DNA of 60,959 nt, the filler included, from Nitrospinae bacterium RIFCSPLOWO2_12_FULL_45_22 (GTDB lineage: Bacteria > 2-12-FULL-45-22), in the NCBI GenBank assembly GCA_001803565.1. It is 4 parts of 4 records of this genome, joined end to end, with 100 filler letters (N's around TTAATTAATTAA, not from the genome) between each part and the next. Parts side by side here need not be neighbours in the genome. Positions count along the whole stretch, not along the records: positions 12,936 to 29,050 come from MHDQ01000291.1; 3 more parts are not named here. One strand, 5' to 3'. Both the position numbers and the translations under genes were made by a program. Of the stretch, positions 18,070 to 24,816 are shown piece by piece (position 1 is the first letter of the stretch; each line of letters starts with the position of its first letter). The notes under the pieces were generated by a model. The model saw only the letters and a program-made list of their open reading frames with translations, did no database searches and was not told the DNA's origin.

Positions 18070-19572
18070 TTACTCAATAAAGTCGTATATTTCAATTAGA
18101 TCGAGTATAGGAGTGGAATATTCTCCATTTTCATCTTTCCATGGAAATTTATCCAAATTAAATTCTCTGGAAAAGTTATCTAACACTTCTCTTACTTTAG
18201 GTTTTAGCCTGGCCTTTAATAGGAGTAGTTCATACATTGCTTGTCCTTTGCCTTTGAATAAGGAATTATACATCTGTGCCAGTTTATTTTTTGGAAAGGG
18301 TATCTGTTTGAACCTCTCCACTTCCAGAAGAAGTTTAGTTAAATCGTCAGAATCTGGGAAACTGCTAAGCACTCTGTATGGTCTTTGGTAAAGTTTTACA
18401 TATCCTTCCTCATAAGAAAGTTCTTTATCTCGTATGTAATCCAATTCATTCGTGGAAGATGTTGTAATAAGGGCAAAATCCAGAACACTGGCATTCTCTT
18501 TTGGGGTGTTAGAATATAATCTGTTACTCAATTTTTTAGCTGATTTTAGCAGATCATCAGAAAAGGTAAACAACCTGAATAGGGGGAACTTCGAGTGAGC
18601 AATAACCACCCCCGCAGATATAGAGACTTCCATATTCTTCTGAATAGTACTCAAATGAAAATTCTTACAAAACTGGTGGGCTACCTTAATCGCCCTATTA
18701 CCAGGAACTAATACGATAACATCGTCACCCCCGATTAAGACAAACTCAAAGGGATAATAGTTCTTTCCACTCTTAGGTATAGGTTTCATATTTTCAGCTA
18801 CGGCTCTGAATATCTCTTCTTTGGTAATCCTTGAAATTTCCAAACTGAATGTTGAAAATTCTTTCTCATTGTTAATTCCTTGTATCTTCTGGCCCATTCT
18901 GTTGCCATCGCAATATATTAATCCGATGTAATTATCAGATTCTTCACCTATATCACCAATATCCTCAGGATTATCATATGCTATATTAACTGGCCAATAA
19001 GAAACAGGATTATTCCCCAACCATTGAGTAAAAGCATTGTAAAGAATGTTTCTGCCTGAGATATTCCTTTTATACTCACAAGATTTGCATAAAAAGTCAT
19101 CGCCTATTCTCTTGGATACAGGGTAAAGGCCACAAGATTTACATATTTTCGAATACGGGAGTTGATATAACTGAGAATTAATGCACTTTGACTCCTTGTT
19201 TTTTCTAAGCTTCTTCTCTCCACGCTCATTAACCTTGCCAAAACTTTGTATAAGCTCATCCTCAGCGGTCTCTTCTATGCTCCCGGTAATAGTGGCTGAG
19301 ATAGACTCGTTTTCATATAGGGCTCTCTCCTCAAGAATAAATTTTTTGGCCTTGTCTTTATCCCCAAAGATGGCCTTTGCCGCTCCCCCAGCAGCATAAA
19401 TACACCTTAAACCACCTGCACCTTCCACCCTCTGTTTAACCTCCTGGCTATTATTCAAGTCATTCAATATTGCACTTGCACCCCTTATCTCTTTCAGCTT
19501 ATCAGTAGCGAAAATATAAGAGTGTATCTTATCAGTATCTAAGGAAACGAGATAAAGCTTTTCTTCCTCCAT
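18070..19572 (-). CDS. cas10: Cas10 without HD domain, Palm2 intact
   Basis: Starts at Palm1 (IHSYIFATDKLKEIRGAS); CKSC...CKSC; YCDGNRMG; LIGGDDV; SAGVVIAH; LLKSAK. Confidence 0.95.
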   Translation of the reverse strand: MEEEKLYLVSLDTDKIHSYIFATDKLKEIRGASAILNDLNNSQEVKQRVEGAGGLRCIYAAGGAAKAIFGDKDKAKKFILEERALYENESISATITGSIEETAEDELIQSFGKVNERGEKKLRKNKESKCINSQLYQLPYSKICKSCGLYPVSKRIGDDFLCKSCEYKRNISGRNILYNAFTQWLGNNPVSYWPVNIAYDNPEDIGDIGEESDNYIGLIYCDGNRMGQKIQGINNEKEFSTFSLEISRITKEEIFRAVAENMKPIPKSGKNYYPFEFVLIGGDDVIVLVPGNRAIKVAHQFCKNFHLSTIQKNMEVSISAGVVIAHSKFPLFRLFTFSDDLLKSAKKLSNRLYSNTPKENASVLDFALITTSSTNELDYIRDKELSYEEGYVKLYQRPYRVLSSFPDSDDLTKLLLEVERFKQIPFPKNKLAQMYNSLFKGKGQAMYELLLLKARLKPKVREVLDNFSREFNLDKFPWKDENGEYSTPILDLIEIYDFIE

Positions 19573-19644
19573 TCCTTTTAACTCCTTATTAAGAGTGATA
19601 TTTTTGATCCTAGGGCTCCTATGTCAGATTAGCAATTAGTGGTT

Positions 19645-20067
19645 TCATGAATATTCCTCTCCTTGTGCCTTTATTAGATTTTCTAACAGGTCTTCAGCCT
19701 CTTTGACGAATTCCTTTGCCTTTGCCAGTTGATTCATCGCCTCATCTTCTGTTACCACTTTATAGTCTCCATAGTCAGCTTCTTCCCTCTCCCCTTTTGC
19801 ATCCTGAATGATGCGGCTGGCGGTTCTATCCATAAGGCCCTCCTTTACAAAATGCCGGTTGAAGAGGGAGATGACTCCTGAGTGTTTTCTGCTATCCAAC
19901 CCTTTTAGGGCAAGGAGGGCCCGCGCTGCCATAAGGATGGCATAATAGGAACGGCTGACAGAATCTTCAAATGCGCTAGATTCGAGAAGGATCTCGGCTG
20001 CCCGTATCTTCTCTTTAGCCTTACTCATGCGATAACGGGCAAGACCGATCTGATGTTGTTCGATCAT
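19645..20067 (-). CDS. HEPN domain protein of an MNT-HEPN pair
   Basis: SRSYYA, SRKHSGVISLF, REEADY; start overlaps MNT stop. Confidence 0.9.
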   Translation of the reverse strand: MIEQHQIGLARYRMSKAKEKIRAAEILLESSAFEDSVSRSYYAILMAARALLALKGLDSRKHSGVISLFNRHFVKEGLMDRTASRIIQDAKGEREEADYGDYKVVTEDEAMNQLAKAKEFVKEAEDLLENLIKAQGEEYS

Positions 20068-20411
20068 AGCGGGATACCTTCTCGTTCAATGTATTGGATA
20101 AATAGGGTTCTGAAATATCGATTTTTTCCATACTCCTCCTGGCTGTAAATCACAGGCGAGATATTACAATCATAGTCCAGATTAATATCAGCAGCCAAAC
20201 CACAGATCTCTTCATGTATCCTCCAATCTTTCGATTTTACTATTATCAATATGTCTATATCAGATTCCTGGTCAGAGTCTCCTCTCACTTTAGAGCCAAA
20301 TAGCTCTATTTCCTGTAATTCATCGCCTAGAAGCTGTCTGAGCTGGTGGCTAAATAATTGAAGCCCCTTTCGTTCTTTATCGGTTAAAAATCTATCGTAT
20401 CGATTCTTCAT
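20064..20411 (-). CDS. Minimal nucleotidyltransferase (MNT)
   Basis: LFGSKVRGDSDQESDIDILI (GS-x10-DxD); ends IEREGIPL. Confidence 0.92.
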   Translation of the reverse strand: MKNRYDRFLTDKERKGLQLFSHQLRQLLGDELQEIELFGSKVRGDSDQESDIDILIIVKSKDWRIHEEICGLAADINLDYDCNISPVIYSQEEYGKNRYFRTLFIQYIEREGIPL

Positions 20412-20559
20412 AATCTCCGTTCCTCATAACTATTTCCGCCCGATATTCAGGATGTATCTGCAACAGATGAGGGATGCCATTCTAAATTACTTCTTCCTCC
20501 ATTTTAAAATACCTGATTCTACAAATTCTCTAGACTCAAGGATATGACCTCCCTTGGCT

Positions 20560-20568
20560 ATTATAACA
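20560..20568 (-). promoter_or_regulatory. Candidate extended -10 promoter for the MNT-HEPN-cas10 operon
   Basis: TGTTATAAT (TGnTATAAT) on the minus strand. Confidence 0.5.
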
Positions 20569-20592
20569 CTAATCTAAATAAAGGGAGTCAAA

Positions 20593-20730
20593 TTAAAGAC
20601 ATGGCTAAACCCACCCCACCGAGTAGAGCCTTTATAGGCAGGCAGAAAAGAGGGACACAATGGCTTGGCAATAAAACCAAAAGATTGCAAAAGTGAGATT
20701 TATCTGCTGGACCATTGCTGGATAACCCCT
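20593..20730 (-). pseudogene. cas6: Decayed, frameshifted copy of the cas6 5' end and its RBS region
   Basis: Hand alignment to 28778-28914: ~25 mismatches and 1 indel in 138 nt; reads MVQQINLTFAIFWFYCQA.../LPAYKGSTRWGGFSHVF versus MEPEINLTFAIFRFYCQALEPLSLPAYKGSALRGGFGNVF. Confidence 0.9.
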
Positions 20731-21638
20731 TTCTCCATATAGGGTAAGCCCAGGGTTCTTCTTACCTCGGAATGGATCATCTCTATCCTTAAGAGTATCA
20801 GGGCCTCTTCCTGGCCCATTCCAGTAGGGAAATTCTCCTTTTTATATAAAAGGTCTAGAAATTCTGCATCTACATAAGTGGGGAGGCTCCAGTAGCTAGC
20901 GGTACGGAGATGGCTGGGTAGACCGTGATGGGTGAAATAAATGGGTTCTGGGGCGCCAATAATCGTATCATGCAGCATGATATCACCTTTCGGGTCATGG
21001 AGATATATCCTGAGGGTAGATTTATCAATCCCTTTCGGGGTTAATTGCTCAAAGAGTAGGTATTCATTCTTTTCCTTAGCAGTGAGATCCAGGAGCTCAT
21101 TCTGCCTGACCCAGAGTTGCTGCGCCCGGCATAAGATGGCATTGGGTCTGGTAGCAATTCTCCTGGCATCAATAGGTATGATATGGGGTAGGAAAATCCG
21201 GGCCAGCCGGTAGCTATGTTTCAATTCCGTGATCTCCTGGCCTTTGCTGAAGATGGTCTTAAGCTCATGGCAGATATCCGAGTCGGGTGTACGTATAAGT
21301 TCTAGATATTCGTTAGCAAGCTGGGTGATAATTTTTTTCGAGGCCTTAGCTTCCCCTCTGGCAGAGAAATCTATCTGTTTGAGTTTTTCTAGAAATTCTC
21401 GGCCAGTGTTCCTATAGGTTCGGCCTATGATACGAAAATCCGTCGCTTCATCCCAGATGAGAAACTTTGCCACCGGACTCCGGGTAAAGCGCCAATCAGA
21501 TGGGGCTTGTTTCTCCAACCCTTCTTTGATCCGATAAATATGAGCTCTGGCATCCGCCTCGGAAAATTTGAAGCGATCCCTGGCCCTTTCGATAAGATGG
21601 GCTTCGGTCTTCTCAATGCTTATATGGGCCATCTTCAA
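20700..21638 (-). CDS. Hypothetical 312-aa protein inside the CRISPR locus
   Basis: Long ORF co-oriented with all cas genes; soluble; no family recognised. Confidence 0.75.
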   Translation of the reverse strand: MKMAHISIEKTEAHLIERARDRFKFSEADARAHIYRIKEGLEKQAPSDWRFTRSPVAKFLIWDEATDFRIIGRTYRNTGREFLEKLKQIDFSARGEAKASKKIITQLANEYLELIRTPDSDICHELKTIFSKGQEITELKHSYRLARIFLPHIIPIDARRIATRPNAILCRAQQLWVRQNELLDLTAKEKNEYLLFEQLTPKGIDKSTLRIYLHDPKGDIMLHDTIIGAPEPIYFTHHGLPSHLRTASYWSLPTYVDAEFLDLLYKKENFPTGMGQEEALILLRIEMIHSEVRRTLGLPYMEKGVIQQWSSR

Positions 21639-21732
21639 TTTCTTTTTCTTTAAAGTTGATTTATCCTCGCTTCCTGGCCTTCCAGTCTCAATAGAGGGTG
21701 GGAGCTGCTAAAATAAGGGAAAATAAGATTTT

Positions 21733-21947
21733 AACCACAGATGAACACGGATAGATATAGATTGGGCCACGAAGGCACTAAGACACTAAAAAGCTCAAAG
21801 CTTAAAATGCAAAGTGTAAAATTAAGGTAATTATTCCTCAGCTTTGCACTTTTAGCTTTGCGTTTTACGTTTCCCTGGTGTCTTAGTGTCTTTGTGGCAG
21901 GGGAAGGGTAGCTGATTGATCCGTGTCCATCTGTATCTATCCGTGGC
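21733..21947. repeat. Triple-nested palindromic repeat element
   Basis: Outer CCACAGATGAACACGGAT/ATCCGTGTCCATCTGT...CCGTGG; middle GCCACGAAGGCACTAAGACAC/GTGTCTTAGTGTCTTTGTGGC (related at 41763-41930); inner GCAAAG/CTTTGC periodic hairpin. Confidence 0.8.
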
Positions 21948-22052
21948 AAATATTCATAAAGCTTTGTTTGGCTAAACTTTTACAAAAAAACTTTCTCTTT
22001 TTGTTACTGCTCACTCCTCACTGCTTTCTGCTCCCTCGGCCCTCAGGCCGCC

Positions 22053-23289
22053 GTTTCAATCCCGTATAAATCCGGTCTAGTCTTCCTACAAGTGGATAGA
22101 AGCTCTATAGGGGAGCTTATCGAAAAAGTTTCAATCCCGTATAAATCCGGTCTAGTCTTCCTACGAAAGGAAGTTTATGGTAGATCCACTGATCTACCTA
22201 AGTTTCAATCCCGTATAAATCCGGTCTAGTCTTCCTACAAATGCACGCCAAGGGAGGAACAAAATATGTTTTACGAGTTTCAATCCCGTATAAATCCGGT
22301 CTAGTCTTCCTACTTAAAAAAAGCAGCGCTAGGCCAGATGAAAAAAATTGAGTTTCAATCCCGTATAAATCCGGTCTAGTCTTCCTACACTATTAGAATT
22401 AATTGAAAAGATATTCACTGAAAGTTTCAATCCCGTATAAATCCGGTCTAGTCTTCCTACATTCAATCCGCTCTAAGATGCTTATCCGTTTTTAAAGTTT
22501 CAATCCCGTATAAATCCGGTCTAGTCTTCCTACATTTTTGACGTGGCGACAAACAAAATATCGGATTTTCTGTTTCAATCCCGTATAAATCCGGTCTAGT
22601 CTTCCTACTTAGGAAAAGCAGTAGGACAACATCTCATCATTGAAAGTTTCAATCCCGTATAAATCCGGTCTAGTCTTCCTACCCCTTCAACTGATAAATA
22701 AAAATTTTTATCATCTTGAGTTTCAATCCCGTATAAATCCGGTCTAGTCTTCCTACTTTAGAAAGAAAGCAGAAGAGGCGGCTTTTTCTGATTTAGTTTC
22801 AATCCCGTATAAATCCGGTCTAGTCTTCCTACCATAGACATTCCCACTTGGGTCACTTGTTATTTGTATTCTGGGTTTCAATCCCGTATAAATCCGGTCT
22901 AGTCTTCCTACAAAATCATATCATGTTCAGAATAAAAATACTGTCTTTTAAGTTTCAATCCCGTATAAATCCGGTCTAGTCTTCCTACGTGAGATAAATG
23001 AAACGGATAATTGTATATTTAGTTATAGTTTCAATCCCGTATAAATCCGGTCTAGTCTTCCTACATAAATATAGCCGTCTTCAATGAGGCATTTCGGATG
23101 AGGTTTCAATCCCGTATAAATCCGGTCTAGTCTTCCTACGCATCTTTAACAACACTGTTGGAAGCAACAAAATAAAAGTTTCAATCCCGTATAAATCCGG
23201 TCTAGTCTTCCTACGTAAACCCCATGGGCAAACCAATGCCTTATACTTGTGTGTTTCAATCCCGTATAAATCCGGTCTAGTCTTCCTAC
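22053..23289 (-). CRISPR. CRISPR array: 17 identical 37-nt repeats, 16 unique spacers (35-42 nt)
   Basis: Repeat on + is GTTTCAATCCCGTATAAATCCGGTCTAGTCTTCCTAC; the minus form ends ATTGAAAC; leader lies toward cas2. Confidence 0.99.
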
Positions 23290-23519
23290 TGCACCCTCTT
23301 TTGAAGCTGATGGGATAAGGGTTTGAGATGCCCATTCCGCTAACCTCCTTAGAAGAGAAAAAATTTATCCCTTTTATATCACTTTTTTTGTTATTTTTCA
23401 ATAGCAAAAATACCATCCAAATACAGATCAGTTGCCGGTCTCCCATTTTTCCCGCTAACCTACCCCCCAAAAGGCGTATTTTTACTCCGCCCTTCCGAAT
23501 TATGTAAACTTTGACGGTA
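23290..23519 (-). promoter_or_regulatory. CRISPR leader with sigma-70-like promoter
   Basis: Minus strand TTGAAA (23401-23396), 17 nt, TATAAA (23378-23373); CCGCTAACCT repeated at 23337 and 23452. Confidence 0.75.
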
Positions 23520-23795
23520 TTAAATCACCACCAGTTCATCGGGAGGCTCTGACCCTTTCTGTCCATAAGACTCCCGGTTCCCTGCACACCTATGGCATAG
23601 GTAATAGATCTTGAGGCTGTCTCCTTCAGGATCAATAATGGCCCGGACCTCCTGGATCATCTGCTGCAGATACTTTTCGTCCAGACTGCATTCAAAGACA
23701 CTATATTGTACCCTGGTGCCATAGTCCTTTAAGAGGTCAGCCAGTTTATTTCTCCGCTTATCATCTATGATATCGTATGAGACCACCACAAACAT
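23520..23795 (-). CDS. cas2: Cas2
   Basis: VVSYDIIDDKRR, YGTRVQYSVFEC, DSLKIYYLC. Confidence 0.98.
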   Translation of the reverse strand: MFVVVSYDIIDDKRRNKLADLLKDYGTRVQYSVFECSLDEKYLQQMIQEVRAIIDPEGDSLKIYYLCHRCAGNRESYGQKGSEPPDELVVI

Positions 23796-23811
23796 AATAT
23801 CACAGTTGGGG

Positions 23812-24807
23812 CTATTCCAACAAAAAGGGAGTATACAGTTCCCGGGAGCGAATAGTACGGGCTAGTCTATGGGCCTGACGCTGAAAAAGGGTACGAAAAG
23901 ATATCTTCTCGCCCGTGAATGAGTCCTGAAAAAGCTCATTCATTCGTTTCTCGTATTGGGTAAAGTATTGCTTTAAGGATTCAGGTTTAAGGAGGAAACC
24001 ACCATCGTCTGCTTCTTTAAAATCCTCAGGGGAGAGGACCCGGTTATTGAGCAAGAAAAGGGTGAATCTATCAACTATGGGGTGACGGAATTCCTCTACC
24101 ATATCCAGGGCCAGGGAGGGCCTGCCATAATCTATGCCATGCAGATAGCCGATATAGGGATCAAACCCGATGGCAAAGAGCAGGGATAGGATTTCACTGG
24201 TTATCAAGGTATAGCCGAAGCTCAATAAGGCATTAACCGGGTCTCTGGGTGGCCTTCGGCTCCGGGTAGAAAAGGCCAACTCTCCCCGAAACATCCGGCC
24301 AAAGGCCCGAAAGTAAGTGGCAGTAGCCTGACCTTCAATACCTAAGAGGCTCGAAACCGGTAAATTATCCTTCAATCTCATGAGGCTCTGCTCCAACCCT
24401 TCGAGCTGGGCCGAGAAGTCTGACTCAGGATAATTTCTGGCATATCTCTTTATCAGGGCCCGGGCATTCTTTATCTTGGCCTCTACCAGGAGCCGGGCAT
24501 GCCCTCTCTGAAATTCATCATCCAGGTATCTTTCGTATTGGGCTATGCGTAGTAAGATATTCTTAGACTCCGCCGGTGCCAGCCTCCCCCGGAACTTCCC
24601 TCTATGGGAAAGATAACATAGATCAATGCCCGAGTCCAAGAGAAAGGCCACGGCCTGCGAGGTTACTTGAACGTTCCCAAAGATAAGGAGCCGATCCAGG
24701 TTAATAGCTGGTATCTCGGCTATGGTCTCTTTCCCTTTGGTAATAATCAATCTCCGTGAGGTCTTCTTTACTACACTTCCCTGTTCAGTGATATAGATGG
24801 TTCTCAC
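23812..24807 (-). CDS. cas1: Cas1
   Basis: IYITEQGS, LLGIEGQATATYF, RRPPRDPVNALLSFGY, GYLH, LALDMVEEFR. Confidence 0.98.
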   Translation of the reverse strand: MRTIYITEQGSVVKKTSRRLIITKGKETIAEIPAINLDRLLIFGNVQVTSQAVAFLLDSGIDLCYLSHRGKFRGRLAPAESKNILLRIAQYERYLDDEFQRGHARLLVEAKIKNARALIKRYARNYPESDFSAQLEGLEQSLMRLKDNLPVSSLLGIEGQATATYFRAFGRMFRGELAFSTRSRRPPRDPVNALLSFGYTLITSEILSLLFAIGFDPYIGYLHGIDYGRPSLALDMVEEFRHPIVDRFTLFLLNNRVLSPEDFKEADDGGFLLKPESLKQYFTQYEKRMNELFQDSFTGEKISFRTLFQRQAHRLARTIRSRELYTPFLLE

Positions 24808-24816
24808 AGGCTCCCC

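Noticed and set aside
20700-21638. Argonaute/PIWI identity for the orphan, since some CAPP loci encode Ago
   Set aside because: Only a vague YWSLPT resemblance; no GxD or RDG catalytic motifs
22090-23252. Self-targeting spacers or degenerate mini-arrays elsewhere in the window
   Set aside because: None found by eye; not exhaustive, needs BLASTN
23081-23470. 129-aa ORF with repeated RKTRPDLYGIET
   Set aside because: Translation of the leader and CRISPR repeats
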